The notes under the pieces are model-generated. The model was not told the origin of the DNA and did no database searches. It saw only the letters and a list, made by a program, of their open reading frames with translations. Of a stretch of 64,000 nt of DNA, positions 51,639 to 64,000 are shown piece by piece (position 1 is the first letter of the stretch; every line of letters starts with the position of its first letter). Source of the stretch: Chromera velia (taxonomy: Eukaryota); the NCBI GenBank assembly GCA_018398765.1, contig JAHBMJ010000001.1, positions 62,001 to 126,000 of the forward strand, read 5' to 3'. The position numbers and the translations under genes are program-made.

Positions 51639-54467
51639 GTGGAGGGTCGTTTAGGAACAGTCCGGTTTGATGGCCCGAATCGCCTGAAGCTGCCGTCAGA
51701 CGTGGAAGTTCTCTTGAGAGACGTCTGTCTGTATGTGTGTATGTATGTATGAGAAAAAGGGAAAGAAAAGTCGATATAGTATGTCTGTCTGCCTTCCACT
51801 GAGAGAGCGCGCCAAAAGAAGAAAGAAAAGAAACAGAAGAGAATGAAGAAGGAGCAAAGGCAAAAGAAAAGACGATAGAGTCTGTCTGTTTGTCGATGTG
51901 TATGCCTTTTTTCAGCTTTCTTTGAAGCACACGCTGACCGCATTCATCACCGACAGAAAACAAACAAATGAACCCCTGACTGAAAGAAGAAGCCGATCGA
52001 TCAAAGCAGAGAGAACGTCGAGTGAAGTAAAAAACATGATGAGTTAAAGAAACGAAGGCATCGTTTGATGAAAAAAATAAACAACAATGGGGGTGAGAGG
52101 AATGGGTTCTCCGCCCTTTTTCCAGCCGCGTTCTTTCTTTCCATGTCCATTTGTTTCTGTTGTTCTGTTCCTTCTTGAGTGCTTTTTGAATCCATCCATG
52201 TGTTCTTCTTTTTTGGGGGTTTGTAATCAGTTGCTGATTGTTTGGTGACCCAAACGAATGAATGGATGGATGGATGGATGAATGAATGCAGGAGCTTCGC
52301 ACACAAATCGGGACGTCGTATAGGTTCGAGGCGGGAGTCAATAAGGTTCGTGCGTGCGTCGTTCCTTTCCTTTTCTTGTTTTGTCTTTTCCTGTCTTTTC
52401 TTTTCTTGTCGTTTGTTCTCAGACATTCTTTTTTCTCCTTTTCTTCTTCTCTTAGTTCTCACAATTAAGGAGTCAATTGAAGCACTACTGAGCAACGTGC
52501 GTGCGTCGAGACTTTTACGGCTTATGAAGACTCAGAAAGAGATTTGATGGGTTTCGCACGTTTTGATTTGACATGCGGGTGAACGTGGAGCATGGGCTAC
52601 GTACTCTGGATATTCTCCGAACCCAGGGGCCGAGAAGGATCTGGAACAGGGGGGGGGTCTTTCAGTTCGTTGATTCAACGGCGGTCCGACAGTCGGGGTG
52701 GTCATTCGAACTTCGAATGAATTGAAGTAGAGTGAATTGAGGGAGCGTTCAGCTGAGATGCCTGCCTGACTAGATATGTCTCCATGGTTTGTTCATGTGG
52801 GGGGAGGGAGTGAAGCTAGGGGCATGTGGAGTCAAACAAAAGGACTTCTTTTTAAATCCCATCACACAGACATGCAATCAATTTGGGTCTTCTTGTGTTT
52901 CCCCAACTGATCTTCTTTGCCTCCGCCTGCCTGCCTGCCTGCCTGCTTACCTGCAGAGGGATTTTGAGCGTCTGGACCAGGCGATGACCGAGGTGTTTGA
53001 CTCGAGCTTTGCAACCACCAGTTCGAGTGGGCACCCGATCCCGGCACACCACAAACTTCCGTGCGTGACGAAGAACATTCAGACAAGGGACACATTCCAT
53101 GAGTCAGTGTATGCATGCATGCATTCATTCATTTATTCAGAAGAAGAAGGAGAAGAAGAAGGAGACGAAAAAGAGGGAGAAGGGAAAAAATGAATTCTGT
53201 ATGAAAATGAGGGCACAGCACGAAGTCTCATGCGTGAAGAAGACCAATCAGACCAGAGAGAGACAAATTCCTTCTAGGGGGGGGGGGCGCTGTCCGTCGG
53301 AATGACCGCACACGGATCCGCGACTTTCTTCTTGCATGGTTGCATGCAGAACGAACTACAAAGTGAAGCGTCCTCAGCCTCCCAGGGAAAGGAAGCAGAA
53401 AGCCGCCGCTGCAGCCGCACAAGCCGAGACGAAAGCCGAGGAAGGCGAGGAGGACTCCTTGGCGAAGAGCAGGGCCTTGGCGGACAACGAACCCTCACAA
53501 GGGAGCGTCAGATGTTCCAAGGAGATTCCGCAGGGAACTGAAGAGAAAATTGTGTCAGTCTGTCAGTCTGTCAGTCATCCAATCTAAGACTTCAAAAGCG
53601 CGAGTTTATTCCCTTCTTGTCGCTCTAATTTGTCTAACTCAGAAGTGAACAACCGCGACTAGCTGATTCGACTCCTTTGTTGCCGCTGGGAGCAAAACGA
53701 CAAACCTGAATCATTCTCTTTCTCTCTGCGTGTGTGAGTGCGTGTGTGTGCGTGCGTGCGTGTGTGTGGACTTGCTTCGACTGCAGGAAGGACAACTTCT
53801 GTACTCTGAACGTCTGGACGGGTCTTCACGAGTACGAGACAGAGAACAGGGACCAGATGGCAGAGCGGAAAGACGTGACACTGGACCCGAAGGAGGAAGT
53901 GAGGAAGTATGACTTCAGGATTGTTGTCAACTGTGAGTGCGAAGGTGAGTCATTAGGTAACTGGGGGGGGAACAACTACAACTACAGATAGAATGGCATA
54001 GGCGGAAGGAAAGGAAAAAGGAAAAGAAAGGAAGGAGAAAAAGCAAGGAGGGTAGAGGTCGAAAGAAAGTGCGAGAGTGAGCTCCGTGGTTGATCGCCTG
54101 AAAATCTTGCATTGGAGGGAGTCAAGTCAACTGAAAGAAAGATGAGGATGGTTGCACTAATCCGTCTGCGTGTTTCGGACAATGGAAAGAAAGATACAGT
54201 GAAGTGGATATAAAGAGGCAAACTTTATTGGTACACCAAAATGCGCGGAAGGAAAGAAGGTCATTGAGGCGTTTCATTTCATTTCCTTCGACACGACGTG
54301 CATATCACAGACTTCACTTTAGTCTCCCCTTGATCATTTTCATCCATTTCTGTGCCTGTTTCCTCTTCTCTTTTTGCTCTTTCTCAACCGCTTACCAAAA
54401 TTAATCGCGATTCTATCGCTCTCTCACGTCTTCTTTTTGGACTTCTCCGGTCTTTTTGGTGTCTCCT

Positions 54468-54498
<31 letters not shown>

Positions 54499-55907
54499 CA
54501 GTTGCCGCCACCTGCACTCGAGAGAACCAAACAGAGATGAGGAGAAGGAGGAGAAAATCCATTATGTTAGTCTGTCCATGAAGGAAGCAAAGCAATCTGA
54601 CAGTCATCCATACAGGCACTCACTCGAATGACATTTAGGCAGGGGCATGCAAAGCAGACAAATTTGCGTTTCCCCCGCCGTAACGAGATCTCTGTCAACA
54701 CACACGCATTGAGAATATTTGAATTATGTGATACTGGAGGACGCAGCAAGCGAGTAGATTGCTTGGTTTTTGATCTCAAAAAGAATTGTAGAAAGGAAGA
54801 AGAAAAGAAAGACATTCGAAATGCCAACTGGTGTCTCTCCTGTGCAAGCAGCCCCTTCGGTTTTCCCTCCCCCCCTTCTCCCCCCCTTCTCCCCCCCTTC
54901 TCCCCCCCTTCTCCCTTTCTTCGTTCCTTCAGCACGCAAGATCTGGAAGTTGACTTGACGCGAGTGGTTGAGGAGGACGCGCAATCTGTGAGTCTGTCTG
55001 TCCTTGCTTCGTATTCGTGCTTTCTGCACCCACTGTTTCCTCTCTCCTCCACTAACTCTCAATGAAATGAGTCAGTTCTGTGAGAGAGGGCGGCGGGAAG
55101 GGAAAGAAAAAGAGAAGGAAGAACTTCATTCCTTCCTGCTACTTTTAGAAGACTGCAGTAATCAATTGTCAATGAACTTCGAGGAGACAGACAGACAGAC
55201 TTCTTCTAGGGTGGCATGCAGGCGCTTTTCTCCAACCATTTCGTGACTCTTCTTTTCTCAGCTGAAAGAACTATGTGCCCCTCCTAGCCGAATGGCTTCC
55301 TTCCTTTTTTCCTTTATTGTTTCTGAACCAACTACCGTTGATTGAGCAGAAAAGAATGCCCCTATCTGTTCATTCATATTCGCATGCTTCCCTTTCCTTT
55401 CCTTTCGTTTCCTTTCCTTGCTGAGCGCGTGAGAGAGAGCAGAAGTCCTTGGGAGGGGGGCAAGAGGCCACCGGCATGGGGGGGATGAAGGGGGCAGACC
55501 CGAGAGAAGCCTTCGAATTTGAGGTCGAAATGAACCCGTGAGTCTTTTTTGTCTTGTCTTGTCTTTCTTTTCGTTCTTTTTTTCTTCTTTACTTCTCCGT
55601 CCTCGTCCCTGCCTCCCTGCGTACCTGCCCGTCTTGCTTCGTTCCTGTTCATGAGTGTGTGTGTTGGTCTGAGAAGCGACATTGAAAAGGGAGACATTTT
55701 GTGTTGCCACATCTTTCGTTCTCCTCTGCTTCTTCTGTGCATCGTGGTTCCCTGAATGTGGAAAGCTCCCTGTCTTGCGCGTGCGTCTACTGGTTGTCTG
55801 TGTTCGGCCTGAAGGAAGCAAGAAACATCCAATCATGCATGATCTTCTTATCTCTCTGCTGTGTGTCTGTGTTTGTCCAGGTGTGTGGTGAATCCGTCCG
55901 TGTGATA

Positions 55908-55950
<43 letters not shown>

Positions 55951-55958
55951 CGTGTGTG

Positions 55959-56000
<42 letters not shown>

Positions 56001-56064
56001 TGTGTATGTGTGTGCGTGTGCGTGTGCGTGTGTGTATATGTATGTGTATGTGTATGTGTATGTG

Positions 56065-56095
<31 letters not shown>

Positions 56096-57544
56096 TCGTG
56101 CGCGTGCGTGCGTGCAGACAAAAGCTGAAGGAGTTGGTGGAGAAGAGGGACAAGGGACACCCGAAGGATCTCTTCGACTACTGCTCCGGTTGGTTGGTTG
56201 AACTGTCCGACCGGGTGGTTGGTTGAACTGTCCGACCGGGTGGTAGACTCATGTCTCCTCCTGTCCTTCCATCGCAACGCATCTGTCTTTCTCTGGGTTT
56301 TGGGGGGGCTCTCCTGGAATTTTTGGTTTTGTTTGTACGATTCAGCCACTGAATGCATCAAACATATTCAATGAGTGGCTCGATCAATCTTTCTCACTTC
56401 CTGTCTCTCCGACTGTCTCGCTGCCTGATAGAGTGAGTGCCTTCGATCGATCGACCCGGCGTTTCTTTCTTTCTGCCCGGCTTTCTGCCTGCAGATTTTG
56501 TCTACTTTCTCAGGCGGTGCGCGGAGTTTCTCAACAAATCTTGGACCCAGGATTTCCGGGGCCGTGCGCCGGTCTCCGCTCCCTCTTCTTCTGCAGAGGC
56601 GGGGGCCTCCCAGCAGCAGCAGAAGATCTCGAATGGAAGCGAACACGCGAATGGAGACGTCGTCGCAAACGGAGGAAGGAGGAAGAGAGGCGCAGAGGAA
56701 GTGAAGGGAGGCGAGCAAGGCGGTGGTGCAGTAAGTGGGGGTGTCCGGGAGGCACAGAGACTTAACGTGCTTGCAAATCTGGAGACTGCGACTGTGGCTC
56801 CGGAAGTGAGTAATTTATGTAATCTTAATTTTTCTCTCTGTGTGTCTCCCTCTTACTCTTTTCTCTTTCTCTCTGTGACCCGTGGGTGTTCTGGGAACAC
56901 TTCAGGCAAAGTGAATCCGTCGATTGTTGTTTAAGCACTACCGGGTGGATACTTTTTTTTACTCTTTTCTGCGTGCTCTGCTTGTTTGTTTCTTTGTTTG
57001 TGTTTCTTTCTCCTTTCGACCCGTTGATGTTTTTCTCCAATGGAGGAACACTTCCTTGAAGTTCCTCTCTTCCTCCCTTCCTTCGTTCCTGCCATTCGAC
57101 AGAGACGGTACTCGAATAATGTCGCGCATCTGGGTGAATTCAGTCTCTCCTTCGGAGATTAGCATCCTGTTATGATCGTACACGGAAGATCGATGATTCG
57201 GTTTCCCATGCATGCAACGTACGCCCATGCAAACACGCAATTAAAGGAAAAGGCGCTGCTTAGCTGCGTGTCTGTCTATCTATCTGCAGGCACTGGAAGC
57301 TTTCAAGAAGCACATCCTCCCCCCTTCAGACCCCACGACCTCAGAAGGTGCTTGTGTGCTCCCTCTGATCGGCGATTATTTCTTCAACGCTGTCGCCCTC
57401 TCTGTGGAGAAGGCAGCGAAAGAGAGGGAAAAATCAGAACCTGCATGGAAGGCCAAAGACATAATGGCAGAGGAAGAGAAGGGAGAAAGGAAGGGAGGGG
57501 GGCAGTCAGACGAATCGATGGGAATTGAAGATCGGGGAACATAA
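51129..57544 (+). CDS. CET1: mRNA 5'-triphosphatase (Cet1/Prt1 type, TTM/CYTH superfamily), 12 exons, ~557 aa
   Basis: Exons 51129-51305, 51639-51722, 52292-52345, 52957-53102, 53350-53553, 53787-53944, 54502-54565, 54933-54987, 55443-55537, 56118-56188, 56495-56805 and 57290-57544 total 1674 nt. Motifs: LEVEGRLG, RFEAGV, YDFRIVVNCE, RRRRKS, VDLTRV, FEFEVE, PLIGDYFF. Start codon uncertain; probable 5'-UTR intron 51015-51108. Confidence 0.88.
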
Positions 57545-57678
57545 ATTGATTTGTGAAGTACATATAATAATATATAGTACGTGGTACATGACACACTGAT
57601 GCAGTCTTCAGATGACCCACTGATCTCAAGTCATATAAAGCTTTGTACGTTGCATACAAATGCATAATATGCTATAAA

Positions 57679-57715
<37 letters not shown>

Positions 57716-58069
57716 CATACGAAATGCATGTTGCATAAAAACAAATATGAAATATATATTTAACTTAACTTAAGGTTGGTTGAGCCTAGGGTTACCGACA
57801 ACCAGAGACGGACGGCAACCCATGCATGAATAAGTTATTCGTTCACTCAACCTAGGTTCCAAGGGGCATTTGAAGGCTTGCAAGACTAGGCGGCCCCTTC
57901 GCTTTAGTCTTTAAGCACACACGCCGGACGGAGGTACCTCAGAAAAGAACTCTATATAGTTTTAACTCTAGTAAAATAGAACCGATATCGATCCGTGCTT
58001 AAAAGCCTCAGATCTAGCCTCAGATTGTAAAAGTTTATCTAAATTTTGTCTTACAGACTCTAAACAAAG

Positions 58070-58569
58070 TAGAGTCACGGTTGTTAAATATCATAGGCAA
58101 CAAATATCAGTGTCGACACTTAAGTTTGGAATAACACTAAGTGTCAATGACATTTATGTTTTAGTACAGTGTCGACACTTACTTTTTTTTATTTGTTATC
58201 ACCTTATGCTTGAACTTTTGAAGCAATAATGAGGTAAAAAGTTTGTTCAGATAGTTAAGTGAGCCTAAGTCAAACCTATAGAGTCAAACCTCCTACCACC
58301 GAAACCGTCAAATTATAATTATTCATTGATTTTTAAACATGGTAAGTAAAAATTAAAATTGATAAAACGTTTTATAAATAAAATTAACTGGCTTTTTACG
58401 AGTTTTTAAGGAGCCACATGTACAGTTAGGGATGGTTGGTACAAAAACCGTAGTACATATACTAGTAAAAATATCGTCTTTGCTTAAAAGTATCGTTATA
58501 AGTGTCAATGTCGACACTTTAGTAATTGAAAGTATCGACACACGACACTAATGAGATTTAACAACTCTA
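58070..58569. mobile_element. MITE-like non-autonomous DNA element (~500 bp) with imperfect terminal inverted repeats
   Basis: Left end TAGAGT(CACGG)TTGTTAAATATCAT; reverse complement of right end TAGAGTTGTTAAATCTCAT. Internal palindromes (G)TGTCGACAC occur near both ends (58110, 58169, 58510, variant at 58535). Confidence 0.55.
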
Positions 58570-60430
58570 AAACAAAACGTTTTGTTCCAAATTTTGTATG
58601 ATAGCGTATTAGTTCAAAAGCTAGCGCCCATTACCCTGGATTTTGTGTAGTAACCGATATGGTTAAGAAAAAACAGTCGAATTTTGATTGATCACATCAC
58701 CCCAGTTTTTGTACTAGACCCCGCGTCTTACTTTCCCGGACCATTATAGTAGTGTATGGTTTTGATGTTTTTCTAACCCAATTTGCGACGTAGCCTAGGA
58801 CGTAGCGTTCCAGGGCTTAAAACGCGGGCTTTTTTTGATTAAAAATTAGTAAAGCAGCAAAGCTGCATATCATTGGCTCTGAATGTGATGCAAACAAGCT
58901 TGTGAAAGGCCCTAGAAAACAAGAAAAATTATAAATGGTTGAAGTATGTAATTAAGCTGTTTAAAGCTGTTTGAAACCATAAAAAAATGTACGCCATTGT
59001 ACGGGTATGTATATGTATGTATAAACTAGTCTGACTAGTACAGACAATTGTTTAGTAAGTGCACGCCCCCCTTCTCCACCTTGATGGCCTCACTTTTCGG
59101 GGCTATGGTAGTTCTAACGTTTTTCTAAGCTAATTTGAACGGGAACTAACAGGAACTTTCCGGGGTCTTTTTTAACTAAAGCTAACCAAAGCTTACCAAA
59201 GCTACAATGCCATATCGTAGGCTCTGGGAGAGTCTAGTAAGTGCCCCCCCACCTCGTTTTCCTGTGGGGATGTGGGAGAGTTTGGTATATGCCCCCCACT
59301 AGCTTCCGAATCGCTTTCCAGGGCCATGAGCCAGATTGTTGATGATTGAAGGTTTTTTCATGCATGCCGCGTCCCCATATATGAAAGGCCGATCTAACCC
59401 AGTTTGTCGATTTATTCTGTCCTAAAACTGCCAGTGATAAAAATAGGCGCAATTTCAATTACCCTGATACAGCTGATCAATCGCGGTTTCACAATAGGTT
59501 GGACAATCAAAAGAGAGAGAAAAGAGACAGAGGGGATATAGGGCAGAACCTTTGAGACACTTCAGTTCTTTCATTGAAAAAAGGCTACCCTTTTAATCAG
59601 AAAGACCTTAATTGTGTAGAGGTGTATCCCGCATGTCTTCCATCCCTTCAAAGAACTCCTACTTTAAACACCCCATCAAAACTCTTTCTTTAAACTCAGT
59701 TCCCCAAACTTTTCCAATTTATTTGCTTACGCTTTTACCCATCTCTCTTTTTTCTTCTCATTTTCTTCTCGCATTGCCAAAAAAATTCCTTCAGTTTGCG
59801 CTTTCCCGGTCAAAAGACCCAGAGAACGCAGCTACTTCCCTCCCGAGCAGACCTTCGGGCTGGAAGGGGCCCCTTATGCCCCGCCGGATTGTTCGGTGCA
59901 TGCATGCGGTTTGATGCCCCCCGCTTCGCTTTTCAGGGCCACTTGACATCATGCTGTCACCCGCTGGCCGCCGGCATTCCGTGTACAACCTCGAAATTTC
60001 CACCACCTTCCGTATCCTTCCGTATCCTTCGGATTCCTGCCGCCTTTCTCTGAAATTGTTTTTGGTTCTTTGAAAATTTTAGATAAAGGCAGACCGACCA
60101 ACTGATACAGGAAGAAAGATCCTTGCAAAGCAAGAATACTGCACGGAGCCCTGAGGAGCAAGCGAGGAGAAACAAAAGGTTGGCTCAATTCAACATTTTG
60201 ATCGAGACGAGATTCTCACGCTGACAGATATTTTTGGGGTCAAATCTCGCAGTCCCAGACCAATCATTAGTTGGCTCTTCAGTTTGTCTTTTGTGTTGAA
60301 GATGCAGGTCCAGGCAGCCTTTCGCCCTCTTGTGCACCGTCCTCGGCCATATTACCTTCAGATTATCCCACAACAGCAGCAACAACAAGAATCATTCCTC
60401 CAATCCCCTACTCACTTTATTGTGTCTCCT

Positions 60431-60796
60431 CCTCCTCAACGGGTCCAGGCGCCTGCCGCACCAACCGCCACTCCTCCTGAGTGGGCCCAGGCGCCTGCCA
60501 CACCAACCGCCACCCCTCCTCAATGGGTCCCAGCGCCTGCCGCACCAACCGCCACTCCTCCTCAGTGGGTCCAGGCGCCTGCCGCACCAACTGCCACTCC
60601 TCCTCAGTAGGTCCAGGCGCCTGCCGTACCAACCGCCACTCCTCCTCAGTGGGTCCAGGCGCCTGCCGTACCAACCGCCACTCCTCTTCAGTGGGTCCCG
60701 GCGCCTGCCGTACCAACCGCCACAGTGACTCCTCTTCAGTGGGTCCAGGCGCCTGCCGCACCAACTGCCACTCCTCCTCAGTAGGTCCAGGTGCCT
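60431..60796 (+). repeat. ~8.5 copies of a 42-bp coding minisatellite (QAPAAPTATPPQWV)
   Basis: Unit CAGGCGCCTGCCGCACCAACCGCCACTCCTCCTCAGTGGGTC; one copy has a 6-bp insertion. Confidence 0.95.
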
Positions 60797-61365
60797 CCGC
60801 TTCCCTTCACTAGCCACTGGCCCGCCACACCCATGCATCCTCCCCTCCAACAGCACACCTAGCAGCCGCAGCAGCAACGACACGTCGGAGCCCGCTTCCC
60901 CCTAAATACTCAACAAAGGGAGGAAATTAATGAACTAAACCAGCAGATACAGCGGGGGGCAATAGAGTTGCGCAGGCTTTGGAGAGAGATGAATCGTACG
61001 TTCGTACGGTACCTGGGAGGTGCGTGGGTCGCGATCGCGGCAGATGATTCATCGGAGGTTCTGTCAACTGCCTGCCCCGCGAGTGAAGCCGATGGCTCGG
61101 AAGAAGAACCGGTCAGTTGGCTTTTCACTTCTTTTTATCTTCCTTCCTTTCTCCCCCCCCTTTTTTTCCCCTCTTTCTCCCTGGTTTGACCGATAGGCAA
61201 GCACAATTTTGACATCTATGTGCCTGAATTATTTTCCTCCTTCCTGTGTGGGTTTCTCTCTCTCTCTCTCTCTTTTTCTCTCTCTCTCTTTTTTTTTTCT
61301 CTCTCTCTCTCTTTCTCTCTTTCTCTCTCTCTTTTTTTTTTTCTCTCTCTTTCTCTCTCTCTCTT

Positions 61366-61435
<70 letters not shown>

Positions 61436-61442
61436 TCTTTCT

Positions 61443-61681
61443 NNNNNNNNNNNNNNNNNNNNNNNNNNNNNNNNNNNNNNNNNNNNNNNNNNNNNNNNNN
61501 NNNNNNNNNNNNNNNNNNNNNNNNNNNNNNNNNNNNNNNNNNNNNNNNNNNNNNNNNNNNNNNNNNNNNNNNNNNNNNNNNNNNNNNNNNNNNNNNNNNN
61601 NNNNNNNNNNNNNNNNNNNNNNNNNNNNNNNNNNNNNNNNNNNNNNNNNNNNNNNNNNNNNNNNNNNNNNNNNNNNNNNNN
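61443..61681. other. Assembly gap (N run) between (CT)n and (GT)n microsatellites
   Basis: Run of Ns. Confidence 1.
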
Positions 61682-61716
<35 letters not shown>

Positions 61717-64000
61717 GTGTGTCCGTCCTTCTGATAAGAATGTCATTAGAACCCCCCCTCGATCCTCCTTAATGTTTGTTCCTTCCTTCCTTCCTTCCTT
61801 CTGCCTCCCCTCCCAGCCACGGCTCATGATTATGCGTGGATATGATTAATCATCTGCGTGCGTCACTGCAGGAAGATGACGAGATGCTGGTGAGAAATAT
61901 CTGGGCAAAAGACGACCTGTTGAACTACAGGTTGAAAGCTTTTAAGAAGAGACAGGGAATTTCAGAGAATCCTGTGGGGGGGACGGGGAGGCACAGAGGA
62001 TGAAAGAGAAGGACAGAGAGAAAAGGCAGTAGTGGCAGACAGCAAGTTCGTGACGCGCCCCAGAAAGAAGGACTAAGCACTCTATGAAAAAATGGAAGCA
62101 GCTGATACCGCTCTGACTCTCAATCTCTTTGCTGTGGAAGAGAGAACTGTAGATGAGATGAGAAAGAAGTTTTTGATCTCTCTTTGCATCTCTGCAAACC
62201 ACTTCAAACTCCCGTGTTTCTCTGAGAAGAGTGCAGAAACGGTCTTTTCAGACACTTTTGATTAAATAAATGCATCATGTGTAATTGATCTATGTAGATA
62301 GCGTTAATTCACTTTATTTCATTTTTTTTTTTTGCTCTTTAAAAATTGTATCTTAAAGTACTTTATAGCGTTCTCATTAATCTAGGTTCCCATACAGCTT
62401 TTCCAACTTCTTGCTACTTAATTCCTCTTTGATGTCAATCAGATTGTTCGTTTAATTGAGTTTAATTCAATTTCGTGCTCCAAGCCGGCCACTTCAGGCG
62501 GCGAATTCAGAAGAAACGTTTCAGTGCCCTAGTCAGTGCTAGTTAGTGCCTCCATATTACATGCATCTACTGCGGCTTTCCAGGGCTGCTCACACGCTTG
62601 CGTGCGTCAGATGCCACGCCCCTTCTTCCATACACGAGAGTGGGCGCGCGCTGCACACCGACGTTGTTGTAGTGGGTACTCCCGTTGTCGAGTCTGGCAT
62701 CAAAAGAGGGACACATACAAAAGTTCTTCTCTTTCGAGGCGTCGTGAGCGGTGCATGTCGGGAATTATCGGGATGCCTTTTTATGTACGCTCCTCTTTTG
62801 CAACACTATGTACGACATTATTACTCAGAGAGACGGGGAACTCGCCAACCATTCATTCAACAATTGTCATGCAGTGTGCAGATTGAGTTGTACAACTCAA
62901 GTGAAGTAAAGTGAACTTGAGTTTCGAAGGAAAATGATGTCCAAAAAGCTTCAGAGTAATTGCGGGGGCCGGCTTATATATAGAGAAATTTTTATGTGTC
63001 CCTTCCAGTTGGGCCCGAATGGCAACTATGTGCGCACAAATCACTACTTGGTTATAAGCTATAGTAAGATTTGGACATGATTTGGTCCCAAAATGCAAAT
63101 TTCTGCACAGGTGGTGCCCACGCAGTCATCTCAGACGCGAGTATAGTATAGTAAGATATATGGCACGCTCCGGATCAAACCTGCAGCCATATATTCGCAC
63201 ATGCACTTCCTTTTTTCACTATAGTCGATCGCGAGCATTGGTTATCCTGGCCAGCAAGGCGCTCTCACTGCCTGCGTTTTCATTGGTCAAAGACGTTCTC
63301 TTATCTCTCTACAACCCCTCTGATCTCTGTACAAAATCACAGGTTGGTCAAGGTCTTTTCCCGACACACTGAGAGCGCAAGACGTAGCAAGCGCCTTTCT
63401 TTCGTCTGGATTCACTGGAGCGTCCCATTGCATTCCACGACGGATAAATTCCCGGCTCGCGGCTCTTCATTGTAGTCTGGTGGTTTGCGAGAAAGGCGGG
63501 CTTCAAATGCGGAACTGATCTGTCCTTTCTTCAAGTACGGGAACGTGGTCTACGGCGGGGTGAAAAGTGCGAAAGAAATCGGTACGTGCAAAGAATCAGT
63601 CAGCCGTCTCCGACCGAATTCTCTATTGTGAAACCAGATTTGTGCAGACTTTTGAGCTTGCTCCTTTGCATGGGCACCTTTCTTGTCTGTGTGTGGAGTC
63701 CTTGTTGCCGGATGGCAATTTGCTTCCTGGGTGGGACATATGCGTAAACCGATTTTTGGCAAGTCGAGTCTTACTCCCTCACTGAGCCACTTCAGCTGCA
63801 GGGTCTGAATCTCGCAATAGCGCTCTGCCGCTTACTCCCCCGCGCCAGGAAGTCTTGTGCTCGCGGACTTTCACTTCGCTCTTGCACCTTTGAACCTGAC
63901 CTGTCTAATTTCTTGCGTGCCTTTATAGCGTCCTCCCTTTTGATGGTGTGTGGGTTGTGGTGGTGCTTTCTGGTATCCCTCTCTCCGGAGACGGAGAGGC

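Larger units (their letters stand above)
60302..62003 (+). pseudogene. Gln/Pro-rich spliced gene disabled by three in-frame TAG codons
   Basis: The frame from ATG 60302 runs without frameshift to the donor at 61111|GTCAGT, but has TAG at 60608, 60782 and 60860. The next exon begins TGCAG|GAA at 61872 (EDDEMLVRNIWAKDDLLNYRLKAFKKRQG). The intron spans an N gap. Confidence 0.7.

Noticed and set aside
60608..60862. TAG reassigned or read through as a sense codon
   Set aside because: TAG is the normal stop of malate synthase (right after SKL), bL35m, RCC1 and the PAN-like gene in this window, and none of the nine intact genes needs an internal TAG.
62500..64000. 3' part of a minus-strand gene or retroelement ORF at the window edge
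   Set aside because: The composition is gene-like, but all frames are interrupted and no RT, integrase or other motif is visible; cannot be called without the adjacent sequence.

Overview
Eukaryotic, intron-rich genomic DNA. The six-frame ORF track is mostly noise, so genes were rebuilt by hand from GT-AG exons whose phases join in frame. The organism is inferred to be an alveolate related to apicomplexans, most likely a chromerid such as Chromera. The clues are abundant TGCATGCA motifs, two signal-peptide + Phe + transit-peptide leaders, an apicomplexan-style Cet1/Prt1 RNA triphosphatase, bL35m and a PAN/Apple-like secreted protein. Nine spliced genes were recovered: peroxisomal malate synthase (ends SKL), TAF10, an ~890-aa secreted PAN-like protein, a putative plastid TPR-like protein, a zinc-finger + RING E3 ligase, plastid COG0212/MTHFSD, mitochondrial bL35, an RCC1/coiled-coil protein and an mRNA triphosphatase. 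There is also one proline-repeat pseudogene. Eight of the genes form four head-to-head pairs in ~50% GC blocks, separated by AT-rich, TpA/CTAG-rich blocks of transposon relics. Most notable observations: (1) repeated DNA shows a RIP-like C->T bias, often CpA->TpA; (2) exon-intron junctions are repeatedly copied into introns, including a nested exon-intron-exon copy with an 8-bp flanking duplication and a hairpin intron next to a duplicated micro-exon; (3) a ~1.4-kb TTAGGG-variant satellite sits in a TAF10 intron; (4) intron microsatellites are multimers of the splice-donor word. No database searches were run.
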